Source: Elusimicrobiota bacterium
GTDB lineage: Bacteria; CG03; SLGR01; PWQF01
Assembly: GCA_003557485.1 (NCBI GenBank)
Contig: PWOI01000196.1
Location: forward strand, 7,782 to 71,781
Direction of reading: 5' to 3'
DNA: 64,000 nucleotides
The notes below the pieces were generated by a model. It was given only the letters and a program-made list of their open reading frames with translations, made no database searches and had not been told where the DNA came from. The position numbers and the translations under genes are program-made. Shown piece by piece: positions 28,091 to 40,634 of the stretch (its first letter is position 1; each line of letters starts with the position of its first letter).

Positions 28091-29674
28091 ATGTATATAA
28101 TGATGAAAAAATCTACAAAGAGAATCCTTGCGGCAGCTGCTGCCGTAATTGTTTTTCTCATGTTGGTATGGGGAATAAAATACAGGTTCGGACTTGGCCC
28201 GGCGGGAGAGCCTCTTCTTTCCTATATCCCTTCATATGCCGGTGACGAAGCCCCCCTGAGCCTGGCTGCAGGAATAACTAATCCCGGCGGAGTATGGTCT
28301 GATCTGAAAAGGACGAACTTCTTTTCGGCGCTTGAGCAAAAAGGATTTTATTCCGGCGATTCCCGGGAAAAAATTATTCTCGGTTCAATCGGCCGCAGCG
28401 CAGCCGCAGCAGTATATGCATCTCCGGAAGGAGATTCCTTTTACCTTCTTATTTCCCGTCTGCGCGGTCCGGGCCGCGTAATGCGAGGGATTCACCGGCA
28501 TTTAAGCAGTGAATACAGTGAAATAAAACAGCACGGGGAAACAGGAGTATATCAGTCCGGGGACGTATTTTATGCTGTTTCCGGAAGAGTTTTTCTGGCT
28601 TCAAACTCTATGGATCTTATTCAAAAATCAATCAAGCTTAAAAACGGTTCCGGTCCGCAAGAGAGTTTTAACTGCGTCTACGGATGGGTTGAAGGTAGAA
28701 TTTCCCGCCGCCGCAGTGGATTCATATTTACTTCCGGAGATAATTTTAAATATGCCGCCGCGATGCTCCTGGGCCGGGAATCCCTGCTTGTTAACGAGGA
28801 TTCAGGCACTGACGCTTACCGGGAGTTTTATTTTGACAGGGGTATTAAAGTTACTTCGTATAAACCTGTCTCCCGGGAACGGACTCCACGTGGCCGCTCA
28901 GATGCGCTGGGTCTTATTACGGAAGAAGCTGTATTTGCGCAGGCCTTTACCGATATTGATTTTGCGGAAGCCGGGCGCAACCTTTTTCACCGAAGCATAA
29001 TAGATCCTGCTTTATCGGATGAATTCGGCAAAGCGGTTTCAGTGCTCGGGAGGGAGGGGGCAATAGCCCTTACTCCTTCACGTATTCCGTCAGCTTTTCC
29101 GGGTATTGTTATTATTGCCGAAAGCATGCCCGGCGCCTACCGGGAGGCAAGGGATTTTATAGAAAGGGCGCTTGGGGTTTCTTTAAGAAGTGCTTCATCG
29201 GATAGTTTTGATTATGAATACGGGCGCCTCAGTCTGCTTTTTACCAGGCTCGATATTTCAATGGGGCGTCTTAAATCCGGACGGAAAGAGTTTATTGTAA
29301 TAGCTTCCTCAAGAGACCTTTTTGAAAAAACCGCCGGGGTTGCTGCAGGAAAAGATAAAAGCCTGAAGCAGAGTAGTTTTTGGAAGGAGACAGAAAAGCA
29401 TATTCCTTCAAGATACTCATCGGTATACTATGCTGACGTCGGGATGTTTGCTTCAGCTGCCGGGCCGTTTCTCGGAGAATTTCTTTCGGAAACCGGGACT
29501 GTTTCTTTTCTGGCAGTACGTCCTTTAGTCTGGCTTGGCCCCGTAGGAGGGTCGTCAGTAGAGGGAAGAGAAGAAACGAGGTCATATTCTTACATTCCGG
29601 TCAGGGATCTTGAAACGGAACAGTGGACAGATATAATTTCTGCAGCTGTAGTTCTATTCAATGACGGAAATTAA
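28091..29674 (+). CDS. hypothetical secreted/membrane-anchored protein
   Basis: N-terminal signal/anchor (AAAAAVIVFLMLVWG). No recognisable catalytic motifs. 527 aa. Confidence 0.4.
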   Translation: MYIMMKKSTKRILAAAAAVIVFLMLVWGIKYRFGLGPAGEPLLSYIPSYAGDEAPLSLAAGITNPGGVWSDLKRTNFFSALEQKGFYSGDSREKIILGSIGRSAAAAVYASPEGDSFYLLISRLRGPGRVMRGIHRHLSSEYSEIKQHGETGVYQSGDVFYAVSGRVFLASNSMDLIQKSIKLKNGSGPQESFNCVYGWVEGRISRRRSGFIFTSGDNFKYAAAMLLGRESLLVNEDSGTDAYREFYFDRGIKVTSYKPVSRERTPRGRSDALGLITEEAVFAQAFTDIDFAEAGRNLFHRSIIDPALSDEFGKAVSVLGREGAIALTPSRIPSAFPGIVIIAESMPGAYREARDFIERALGVSLRSASSDSFDYEYGRLSLLFTRLDISMGRLKSGRKEFIVIASSRDLFEKTAGVAAGKDKSLKQSSFWKETEKHIPSRYSSVYYADVGMFASAAGPFLGEFLSETGTVSFLAVRPLVWLGPVGGSSVEGREETRSYSYIPVRDLETEQWTDIISAAVVLFNDGN

Positions 29675-30820
29675 ATGAAAAATCGGTTCCTGAAGGCGCT
29701 TTTGGCTGTTTTTTTATGCCTTCTTCTTTTTGATTTCGCTTCAGGCGCCGGCCGCCGCCTTCCCGCAGATACCCTTAGAGTTGCTTTCCTTACAGATCAG
29801 ACAAGAATCCATTTAAAGTGCAGTTCTTCCTTCACAGTTTACGACACGGGTTCCGGCAGAAGAACAAGGTTTGAACCTGAAGTAAATTTTGTTATTACTC
29901 CGGTTGGCGAAGATATAATGATAGGCGACAGAAAAAAGGCCGGCCGGAAAATACAGATATCTTCACGGGACAGCAGGGAATTTTTAAGGATAAATGGAAG
30001 AAGGTACCGGGGGTCAATCATTATACTGAATTCAGAAGGAACTCTTACCGCGGTCAATGAAATAAATATTGAAGATTACCTTAAGGGCGTCCTGCCTATG
30101 GAAATATCTCCCCGGTGGCCTATGGAGTCTGTAAAGGCTCAGGCCATAGCCGCCAGGACCTACGCCGTAAACAACCTCGGAAAATACGGTAGCAGAGGAT
30201 ACGATCTGACCGCGGATATTTACTCTCAGGTATATGCCGGAATGGAGGTTGAAGATCCGCGCAGCAACAGGGCTGTAAATGAAACAAGAGGGAAAGTGAT
30301 TGTTTATAAGGGGAATCTTGCAAGAAGTTATTTTCACTCCTGCTGCGGAGGGCATACCGAAGATATTCAGAAAGTCTGGGGTTCCGACATACCTTATTTC
30401 AAGGGTGTATACTGTCCTTTTTGTTCCGATTCACCCAGGGCGCGCTGGTATCTGGATCTTTCCCCTCAGGATATTGAGGCCCATCTTTCCCGGCACGGTA
30501 TCAGGGAGATTGAAACTATTAAGCTTCTTTCACGCACCGGTTCGGGAAGAGTTGACGCTATGAAAATTTCACACGCCGGCGGCGAACTTGAAGTTACCGG
30601 TCACGCTTTCAGGATGACAGTAGGCCCTAATATTTTAAAGAGCGCGCTCTTTACAATAGGCATCTCGGAGGGGCCTTACCGGTTTTACGGCAGAGGCTGG
30701 GGCCACGGTGTGGGAATGTGCCAGTGGGGGGCAAGGGGCCAGGCTCTTGAGGGTAAAAATTTCAGGGAGATACTCAGCTACTATATGCCCGGTACTGAAG
30801 TGAGAAGGTGGAGCTACTAG
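29675..30820 (+). CDS. SpoIID/LytB-domain protein (peptidoglycan-remodelling)
   Basis: Signal peptide followed by a SpoIID-like domain (AQAIAARTYAV...YFHSCCGGHTE...GHGVGMCQWGA). Confidence 0.65.
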   Translation: MKNRFLKALLAVFLCLLLFDFASGAGRRLPADTLRVAFLTDQTRIHLKCSSSFTVYDTGSGRRTRFEPEVNFVITPVGEDIMIGDRKKAGRKIQISSRDSREFLRINGRRYRGSIIILNSEGTLTAVNEINIEDYLKGVLPMEISPRWPMESVKAQAIAARTYAVNNLGKYGSRGYDLTADIYSQVYAGMEVEDPRSNRAVNETRGKVIVYKGNLARSYFHSCCGGHTEDIQKVWGSDIPYFKGVYCPFCSDSPRARWYLDLSPQDIEAHLSRHGIREIETIKLLSRTGSGRVDAMKISHAGGELEVTGHAFRMTVGPNILKSALFTIGISEGPYRFYGRGWGHGVGMCQWGARGQALEGKNFREILSYYMPGTEVRRWSY

Positions 30821-30843
30821 GTTCCTCCTAACTTTTTCCTGAA

Positions 30844-33218
<2,375 letters not shown>

Positions 33219-33243
33219 GTGTGTATAAAAACGGAGGAAATTA

Positions 33244-33582
33244 ATGATAGACATAGCTTATGCAATGGGTCAGGCGCCGCAGGGCGAAGCAGGTGCAGCA
33301 GGCGGGGCAATTGGCGGGTTGCTGCCCCTTATACTTATCTTTGCGGTTTTTTATCTTCTTCTTATAAGGCCTCAGAAAAAGCAGATGGTCAGGCATAAGG
33401 AAATGATTAACAGTCTGAAGAAATCAGACGAAGTCGTAACTTCGGGGGGAATTCACGGCAGGGTTACCGCTCTCAGGGGTAAAGAAATCGAGGTTGAGAT
33501 CGCTCCGGAGGTAAGGGTGACTGTCTCCCGTCAGTCGATTTCGGCCGTGAAGAGCCCTGAGGGTGAGCAGCCCCAAAAATAA
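33244..33582 (+). CDS. yajC: preprotein translocase subunit YajC
   Basis: Single TM (LLPLILIFAVFYLLLIRPQKKQ) plus conserved YajC C-terminal region. Upstream of secDF. Confidence 0.75.
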   Translation: MIDIAYAMGQAPQGEAGAAGGAIGGLLPLILIFAVFYLLLIRPQKKQMVRHKEMINSLKKSDEVVTSGGIHGRVTALRGKEIEVEIAPEVRVTVSRQSISAVKSPEGEQPQK

Positions 33583-33596
33583 GGACGGTATCTTAA

Positions 33597-34958
33597 ATGA
33601 ATAAATCTCTTCAGTGGAAAATAACAATAATACTTGTCGTTGTAGTAGGGGCGATATGGTCTCTCTTTCCGACTTACAGGTGGTATTCCATGGACGACGA
33701 GCAGCAGGAAAGGCTTATGCAGATGAGGGATCCCATTGTTGAAAGGACCCTTAATCTTGGCCTTGACCTTCAGGGAGGAATGCACCTTACCCTGGAAGCG
33801 CAGATAGATCAGGCGCCGGACGATATTTCAACAAGAGAAGCGGTTGACCGGGCTCTTGAAATCATACGCAACCGGATAGACCAGTTCGGCGTAGCGGAGC
33901 CTCACATAGTCCGCCGCGGAGAACGCTGGATAGATGTCCAGCTTCCCGGTGTTGATGATCCTGAAAGGGCTATAGAACTTATTGGCCGTACCGCCCGTCT
34001 TGAGTTTCATATAGTAAGCGAAGAACCGCCCCCGTTTGAAGATGAGGAAGTCCCCCCGGGGTATTTGGTTCTTGAAGGCCGCCGCGGCGAGAGATTTCTT
34101 GTGCGGGAAGAACCGGAGCTTACAGGCGCATCACTGAAAGACGCCAGGGTAAGTACAGGCGGAGATTTCGGCCGGCCTCACGTTGCTTTTAATCTTGACT
34201 CCGATGGAGGGAGAATATTTGAGAGGGTTACCGAAGCCAATATTGACAGGCGCCTTGCCATAGTGCTTGACGGTGTAGTTCAGTCTGCACCCGTAATACG
34301 ATCAAGAATACCGGGAGGAAGCGGAATAATAGAAGGCGCCTTTACTCTGGAGGATGCAAGGGATCTTGCAATGCTTCTCAGGGCAGGTGCTCTTCCCGTT
34401 CCTGTAGAGATTATAGAAAACAGGACAATAGGGCCGGGATTGGGTGAGGACTCCATAAGAGCAGGTGTTGCCGCTCTTGCTCTTGGTTTCATACTTGTCC
34501 TTTTCTTTATGGTCGTATATTACAGGATGGGGGGGCTGATTGCTGATATTGCCCTTATTATGAACATACTGATACTGCTCGGTATTATGGCTTTGCCCGG
34601 ATTGGGGTTTACTTTAACCTTGCCCGGAATTGCCGGAATTGTTCTTATAACCGGAATGGCGGTTGACGCCAATGTTCTCATTTTTGAAAGAATAAGAGAA
34701 GAGCTTGAAGGAGGAAAAACACCCCGCGTAGCTATAGACGCAGGTTACAAGAAGGCAACTTCTACAATTCTTGACGCCAATATAACGACTCTTGTCGCAG
34801 CCGCTTTTCTTTTTCAGTTCGGAACCGGCCCGATTCAGGGTTTTGCAGTTACGCTCTTTATAGGAATTTCGGCAAGTATGTTTACGGCCCTGGTAGTAAC
34901 AAAGGCGGTTTTTGATATCCTGGCCGGTGAAAGAAAAATAAAGGAACTAAAAATATGA
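33597..34958 (+). CDS. secD: protein translocase subunit SecD
   Basis: LGLDLQGG motif, periplasmic domain, C-terminal six-TM SecD/SecF module. Confidence 0.85.
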   Translation: MNKSLQWKITIILVVVVGAIWSLFPTYRWYSMDDEQQERLMQMRDPIVERTLNLGLDLQGGMHLTLEAQIDQAPDDISTREAVDRALEIIRNRIDQFGVAEPHIVRRGERWIDVQLPGVDDPERAIELIGRTARLEFHIVSEEPPPFEDEEVPPGYLVLEGRRGERFLVREEPELTGASLKDARVSTGGDFGRPHVAFNLDSDGGRIFERVTEANIDRRLAIVLDGVVQSAPVIRSRIPGGSGIIEGAFTLEDARDLAMLLRAGALPVPVEIIENRTIGPGLGEDSIRAGVAALALGFILVLFFMVVYYRMGGLIADIALIMNILILLGIMALPGLGFTLTLPGIAGIVLITGMAVDANVLIFERIREELEGGKTPRVAIDAGYKKATSTILDANITTLVAAAFLFQFGTGPIQGFAVTLFIGISASMFTALVVTKAVFDILAGERKIKELKI

Positions 34959-35839
34959 GACTTCTGCGTAATACTTCAATTAATTTTCTGAAAATAAGAA
35001 AAGCTGCTTTTATAATGTCAGCGGTACTGCTTGTTGCTTCCCTTTATCTTTTTTTCGTTAGGAAGCCCAATTGGGGAACAGACTTTACCGGGGGAACATT
35101 AGTACATGTCCGGTTTGACAGCCTTCCTTCTGAATTTCTGATAAGAGAGGCGCTTTCGCAGGCAGGATACGAGCATCCGTCCGTGCAGAGATTCCGTGAT
35201 GCGGAAGCTGCTATAATACGGATAAGTCCCCAGGAAGAAGACGCAGCTGTGGCAGACGATGTCGGAAAAACCCTTTCTGCTGCGTTTTCAACGGAAAATC
35301 CCGAGATCATGAGAACTGAAATGGTAGGGCCTGCCGTGGGGGACTACCTGAGAGAGAGAGCTATGTGGGCATTTTTACTGGCTTTTGCAGCTATCATTCT
35401 TTACGTGGCCTGGCGTTTCAGGGGAGGGGTTTGGGGCCTTTCAGCTGTTATTGCTCTTATCCATGATGTGATAATTGTTTTCGGACTCCTCATTTTTCTG
35501 GGCATAACAATAGATCTTGTTGTTGTAGCTGCCCTGCTTACTCTTGCAGGTTATTCGGTAAATGATTCTATTGTAGTTTATGACAGGATAAGGGAAAACA
35601 TAAAACTTCACTATAAAAAACCTCTGGTTGAAGTTATAAACCTCAGCATAAACGAGACTCTTTCAAGAACAGTCATCACATCCGGAACAACTCTTGCTGT
35701 GGTCATAGCTCTTCTTCTAAGGGGCGGGGAAGTCCTGCACGGGTTTTCCGTTGCTCTTTGCGCAGGCATAATAATCGGAACTTATTCTTCAATTTTCGTA
35801 GCGGCTCCTCTGGTCTATGCCTGGCAGCACAAAAAATAA
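34955..35839 (+). CDS. secF: protein translocase subunit SecF
   Basis: GTDFTGGT motif and SecF TM core. ATGA overlap with secD. Confidence 0.85.
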   Translation: MRLLRNTSINFLKIRKAAFIMSAVLLVASLYLFFVRKPNWGTDFTGGTLVHVRFDSLPSEFLIREALSQAGYEHPSVQRFRDAEAAIIRISPQEEDAAVADDVGKTLSAAFSTENPEIMRTEMVGPAVGDYLRERAMWAFLLAFAAIILYVAWRFRGGVWGLSAVIALIHDVIIVFGLLIFLGITIDLVVVAALLTLAGYSVNDSIVVYDRIRENIKLHYKKPLVEVINLSINETLSRTVITSGTTLAVVIALLLRGGEVLHGFSVALCAGIIIGTYSSIFVAAPLVYAWQHKK

Positions 35840-36464
35840 AAAAACTCCTGCGGCAGTCTCCCTTAGGAAAATTAAGGGACTTAAGATAAAACTCAGGAAA
35901 AGAGAAATCCTCCGACATCTCAAATACAGCCCCGGTTCCGGCGAAATCACACCGGAAACCGAAAGCCTTATGCAAGAGGAAATTCAGAGAGCCTATGAAC
36001 TAATATACCCCTGTGTAATATACCTTACAGTGCCTCGCAACTCGGAAATTTTTGAGAAGGTTAAAAACGAAATACTCAGGGGTTCGGAAAAAACGGAAAA
36101 GATTTCTTCAGGTTCTGTAGCCGTTACGCTGATGGCTTCTACCGCGGGTATTAAAATAGAAAAAGAAATTGATAAACTGAAGGAAAAAGAACTTGCCCGT
36201 GCTCTTATACTTGATGCGGCCGGCAGCGAAGCCGCAGAACAGTCGGTAAATTTTGTTTCAAAACTTATAAGCGAACAGGCCGGCGAAGATGAATGCTATA
36301 CAGGAATGAGAATTTCTCCCGGTTACGGCGGTTGGGATGTAAGGGTAACGGAAAAAATACTGACTATGCTTGATACATCAAAAATAGGAATAGAATATAC
36401 TTCTTCCGGAATAATGTGTCCCCGTAAATCTGTCGCAGCAATACAGCCCTGGTTTAAGCAATGA
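35817..36464 (+). CDS. stand-alone methionine synthase reactivation (AdoMet-binding) domain protein
   Basis: C-terminal GMRISPGYGGWDV...SSGIMCPRKSVAAI resembles the MetH activation-domain RPAPGYPACPEH...ESFAMWPGASVSG region. Directly precedes a short-form metH, as in Thermotoga-type split MetH. Confidence 0.55.
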   Translation: MPGSTKNKKTPAAVSLRKIKGLKIKLRKREILRHLKYSPGSGEITPETESLMQEEIQRAYELIYPCVIYLTVPRNSEIFEKVKNEILRGSEKTEKISSGSVAVTLMASTAGIKIEKEIDKLKEKELARALILDAAGSEAAEQSVNFVSKLISEQAGEDECYTGMRISPGYGGWDVRVTEKILTMLDTSKIGIEYTSSGIMCPRKSVAAIQPWFKQ

Positions 36465-38755
36465 AAAAACAAAAAATTACTTTTTTAGACGGAGGTATGG
36501 GTACTTCGCTTGCAAAGCTCGGAAAGGATTCGTCTGCCTTATCTAACCTGACAAATCCAGATGCCGTAAAAAAAATACACCTTGAATTTATCCAGTCCGG
36601 GGCTGATATAATTCAGACGAATACTTTCTCGGCCAATCCCGCAATTTACAGAAAAGACTATAAAAAACTTATATCAGAGGGAGTGAAACTGGCCCGGAAA
36701 GCAGTTGCGGAGTCCGGATGTAAAGTAACCATAGCAGGCTCCATAGGCCCTACAGGAAAAATGGTGTCCCCTATAGGAACTCTTGATTTTGAGGAAGCGG
36801 TAAATATTTTTAAAAAGGCAGCCGGAACTTTTTATGACGCGGGTGTGGATACTTTCATAATTGAGACTTTTGACGACATATCGGAAATGAGAGCCGCTCT
36901 GATAGGGTTAGGGGAAGCTGTTCCGGATGCGAGGGTTTTTGCGTCTATGACATTTTCTTCCGGTGACAGGACATCTACCGGTACACCTGCCGAAGCTGCC
37001 GCTATAGCAATGGATGCGCTGGGCGCCGATGTAATAGGGGTAAACTGCTCATTCGGACCTGAAGGGTTGGCCGGAGTTGTCAAAAAAATGAGAAGGTACA
37101 CTAAAAAACCTTTGATGGCCCAGCCCAATGCCGGACTCCCGGATGTTTCAAAAGGTACTATGGTATATCCTGAAAATCCGGTTGATTTTGCATCCAAATG
37201 CCGGCAGCTTGTAAAGGCCGGGGCGTCTTTTATTGGTGGCTGCTGCGGCACTTCGCCGGACCACATAGCCTCACTTAAAAAAATAATGAAAGACATTTGT
37301 CCTTCTTCCCCTCCGGAAAGCGTTCCCGCAGCGATAACTTCCCGGACCTCTTTTACCGTATTCGGGGAGTTCCCGGTTATAATAGGAGAGAGAATTAATT
37401 TTACAGCCCGTCCGGAATTGGCTACCTCGGAAGCGAAAGTTGTTGCCGAAGGACTTAAGCAGAAAAAAGCCGGAGCTCTTGCTCTCGATGTAAACCTTGG
37501 AAGTAATGAGGAAAGAACTCTGGAAACGGTGATGGCTGTTGAGAGGAGGGTTTCTCTTCCGGTTGTTTTGGATTCACATAACGCCGCAGAGATAGAAAAG
37601 ACAGTAAGGCGGTATCCCGGGGTACTTCTTTTAAACTCAATATCCGCGGAAAAGGAAAAAATGAAGGCTCTTTTCCCGATAGTTAAGAAGTACGGCCTTC
37701 CTTTTATAGCTCTTTGCGTTTCGGATAAAGGCGTTCCTTCTGCCATAAGCGGCAAACTGAAAATTGCGGAACTACTGCTTAAAAGGGCCCGCGAGGAAAA
37801 AATTCCAGAAGGAAAAATACTTGTCGATCCGGTAGTTCTTGCCGCTTCCTCTGATACTTCTTCAGCTTATAAAACACTGAGGGCTATTGAAAAGATCTCT
37901 GCTAATACCGTTATCGGTGTAAGCAATGTATCCGGCGGCATGCCTCAGCGGGCACTTCTAAACCAGGCGTTAAGTACCCTTGCCGTTTACTGCGGAGCCT
38001 CGGCTCTGATAGCTGACCCTATGGATGCAGACCTGGTTTATATTTTCCATGCATCGGCCCTTCTTTCCGGCAGGGATACAAATGCTCTTAACTATACGGG
38101 GTATTTTGCTCCCGGTTCGGAAAAGTTTTCCTTTGACAATCTTCTTTCTCAGGCTGTTTTTGAAGGAAGCAGAGAGGAAGCCTCCCGGCTTTCCCGGATG
38201 GCTGACAGGGATACGGATCCGATTGAAATAATAGAAAAACAGATTGCTCCCGCACTCGACAGGGTGGGAAAGGAATACTCCGAAAAACGGCTTTTCCTTC
38301 CGCAGCTTGTCGAGTCGGCGCGCAGCGCAGAGGCAGCTGTAGAAGAAATAGAAAAATATATGAAAGCCGGCGGCTCCGAAAGAAAGAAAAAAGGAACAAT
38401 TGTAATAGCTACGGTAAAGGGAGATATACATGATATAGGTAAAAATCTTGTGACCCTGCTTCTTAAAAATTCTTCTTTTAATGTTGTGGATATGGGTGTT
38501 GATGTCGATTCTGCAAGAATAGTTGATGAAGCCGTAAAGCGAGGGGCTCATATCATTGCTCTTTCCGCTCTTATGACTACCACAATGGAGAGTATGAAAG
38601 AAGTCAAACGGATTCTGGACAGTAGAAAGCTTAAAATACCCGTTCTTGTGGGCGGCGCCGCGGTGACTGAAAAATTTGCTGCCGGAATAGGAGCATTTTA
38701 CGCTAAAGACGCCGTAAAAGCGGTAAAAGCTGCCGAAAATATAATATCCGGATAA
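36461..38755 (+). CDS. metH: cobalamin-dependent methionine synthase, short form (Hcy-binding + pterin-binding + B12-binding modules, no activation domain)
   Basis: N-terminal homocysteine S-methyltransferase domain (FLDGGMGT...GGCCGTSPDH zinc site), pterin-binding barrel. C-terminal B12 domain carries the DxHxxG motif (GDIHDIGKN). Confidence 0.8.
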   Translation: MKKQKITFLDGGMGTSLAKLGKDSSALSNLTNPDAVKKIHLEFIQSGADIIQTNTFSANPAIYRKDYKKLISEGVKLARKAVAESGCKVTIAGSIGPTGKMVSPIGTLDFEEAVNIFKKAAGTFYDAGVDTFIIETFDDISEMRAALIGLGEAVPDARVFASMTFSSGDRTSTGTPAEAAAIAMDALGADVIGVNCSFGPEGLAGVVKKMRRYTKKPLMAQPNAGLPDVSKGTMVYPENPVDFASKCRQLVKAGASFIGGCCGTSPDHIASLKKIMKDICPSSPPESVPAAITSRTSFTVFGEFPVIIGERINFTARPELATSEAKVVAEGLKQKKAGALALDVNLGSNEERTLETVMAVERRVSLPVVLDSHNAAEIEKTVRRYPGVLLLNSISAEKEKMKALFPIVKKYGLPFIALCVSDKGVPSAISGKLKIAELLLKRAREEKIPEGKILVDPVVLAASSDTSSAYKTLRAIEKISANTVIGVSNVSGGMPQRALLNQALSTLAVYCGASALIADPMDADLVYIFHASALLSGRDTNALNYTGYFAPGSEKFSFDNLLSQAVFEGSREEASRLSRMADRDTDPIEIIEKQIAPALDRVGKEYSEKRLFLPQLVESARSAEAAVEEIEKYMKAGGSERKKKGTIVIATVKGDIHDIGKNLVTLLLKNSSFNVVDMGVDVDSARIVDEAVKRGAHIIALSALMTTTMESMKEVKRILDSRKLKIPVLVGGAAVTEKFAAGIGAFYAKDAVKAVKAAENIISG

Positions 38756-39378
38756 TGTCTGTTTTCCTGGTTTCAGTTTTAATGAATCTTTATATCAGGT
38801 TTACAGGACTGACAACGCGAATTACAATTTTCGGAGAAGAAAGATTACCCGAACCACCTTTTGTTTACGTCTTCTGGCACAGCCGTCTTGCTCTTCTTTC
38901 GTACTCGCACCGTAAAAGGGGAGTGAAGGTGCTTCTCTCTACCTCAAGGGATGGGGAAATAATATGGAAAATCATTAAATCACTCGGGTTTTCCTGTATA
39001 CGGGGAACGGCTTCAAAACCCGGCCAGGCGCGCCGCGCAGCGGTGGAGATGCTGGGTTCACTCAAAAAAGGAGATGTTGTTGCAATAACACCTGATGGCC
39101 CGAAAGGCCCCCCGGGGGTTGTTAAAAAAGGTGTTCCCTATCTTGCCCGGAAATCCGGATGCCCGATAGTGCCGATAAGCTGGGACACTGCCAGAAAAAA
39201 AATAATGAAAAGCTGGGACCGGCTTGTTCTTCCTCTCCCTTTCAGCAAAGCGGCGGTAGCGGTAGGAAGCCCCTATTATGTACCTGAAGATGCCGATGAA
39301 GAAAAGGAGGCTTTGAAAATAAAACATCTTATAGAGGAGCAGGATGAAAGGGCCTCCCGTCTACTGAGACAAATATGA
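38755..39378 (+). CDS. DUF374-family (lysophospholipid-acyltransferase-like) protein associated with Kdo transferase
   Basis: FVYVFWHSRL...DGEII...PDGPKGP pattern typical of DUF374 proteins that are encoded next to or fused with KdtA/WaaA. Confidence 0.55.
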   Translation: MSVFLVSVLMNLYIRFTGLTTRITIFGEERLPEPPFVYVFWHSRLALLSYSHRKRGVKVLLSTSRDGEIIWKIIKSLGFSCIRGTASKPGQARRAAVEMLGSLKKGDVVAITPDGPKGPPGVVKKGVPYLARKSGCPIVPISWDTARKKIMKSWDRLVLPLPFSKAAVAVGSPYYVPEDADEEKEALKIKHLIEEQDERASRLLRQI

Positions 39379-40625
39379 AATATCTTTATTTTTATCAGCT
39401 TTTATACATTGCTGTTTTTGCCGCCATTTTGCCTTTAGGAGTAATACTGTTGTTTCTTAAAAAAAGTTTCCGGACCTCGCTTCACCAGCGTCTTGCCCTG
39501 TATTCAGGGACTGAAAAAAAGGCGCTGGAATCTGTAAAAGGTTCTGTTTGGATTCATGCCTCCAGTGTCGGGGAAGTAAAGCTTGTTTCAAAAATTCCGG
39601 CATTCAGAAACATAGAAGCAGTGATAACTACTTCCACCTCTACCGGCAGAGACCTGGCGGTAAAGCTTTTCCCTGGCTGCTGCGCTGTTCTTATGCCTCT
39701 GGACCTGGTTTTTATGTGGAAAAGGTTCCTTAAAATTGCCGGTCCTTCAAAACTTTTTATAGCGGAAACGGAACTATGGCCTGCTCTTGTTTTTTCATCT
39801 GCTATTCCCAAGGCTCTTTTTAATGCGAGGATGTCGGATGAAAAATACGGGATATATAAAAAATTGGGCACCCTTATGAGAGAGCTTCTTGCAGAATTTG
39901 ACGTTATATTTGCCAGGGATGAAAAAAACTACGAAAGGTTTCGCAGCGTAGGGGCTGCTAAAAACTCACTTAAACTACTGGGCAACCTTAAGTATCTCGG
40001 CGAGAAACCTTCCATTGATTTATCCGATCCCAGGTTCACATCTCCGGATCATCCTGTGATAACGGCAGGTAGCACTCACGAGGGCGAAGAAGAGATAATA
40101 ATAAAAGTTATTCAGCGCCTGAGGGCCCGGCATCCGGAGGTTTCACTTATAATAGCTCCCAGGCATATAAACCGCGCCGGAGCAGTAAGAAAACTTCTTG
40201 ATAAGAATATGATTGATAATGTTTTATGGAGCAATAAAAAAGAGCCGGTAAATCCCGGTGAAACAATAATAGTAGATGCTATGGGGCATCTCTCCTCTGT
40301 ATATTCACTCTCATGGATGGTTTTTATCGGCGGCACTTTTGATTCTACTGGGGGGCATAATATTATAGAGCCGGCTGCCTGGGGCAAACCTGTTGCAATT
40401 GGTCCGTCATACCGTAATTTTACCGGTGAAGTTGAATATTTTAGAGAATACGGCGGCCTAAAAGTAGCAAATCGGGAGGTTAATTTATATAATATTTTTC
40501 TGAAGTGGCTCAACGACAGCGGCAGGCGTGAAGAAGACGGAGTGAAAAATCTTAAGGCTGCCGATAAAAAAAGGCTTCAGGCCCGTATACTTAACCGGGA
40601 GATTGAAAGATTTATGGAAAGATAG
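39375..40625 (+). CDS. waaA: 3-deoxy-D-manno-octulosonic acid (Kdo) transferase
   Basis: WIHASSVGE motif near the N-terminus and GT30 C-terminal domain (GGTFDSTGGHNIIEPAAWGKPV). Confidence 0.75.
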   Translation: MKYLYFYQLLYIAVFAAILPLGVILLFLKKSFRTSLHQRLALYSGTEKKALESVKGSVWIHASSVGEVKLVSKIPAFRNIEAVITTSTSTGRDLAVKLFPGCCAVLMPLDLVFMWKRFLKIAGPSKLFIAETELWPALVFSSAIPKALFNARMSDEKYGIYKKLGTLMRELLAEFDVIFARDEKNYERFRSVGAAKNSLKLLGNLKYLGEKPSIDLSDPRFTSPDHPVITAGSTHEGEEEIIIKVIQRLRARHPEVSLIIAPRHINRAGAVRKLLDKNMIDNVLWSNKKEPVNPGETIIVDAMGHLSSVYSLSWMVFIGGTFDSTGGHNIIEPAAWGKPVAIGPSYRNFTGEVEYFREYGGLKVANREVNLYNIFLKWLNDSGRREEDGVKNLKAADKKRLQARILNREIERFMER

Positions 40626-40634
40626 GCGTCTGAA

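Noticed and set aside
36832-37755. 307-aa minus-strand ORF
   Set aside because: Antisense to metH, whose Hcy-, pterin- and B12-binding motifs are all intact on the plus strand. No recognisable domain.
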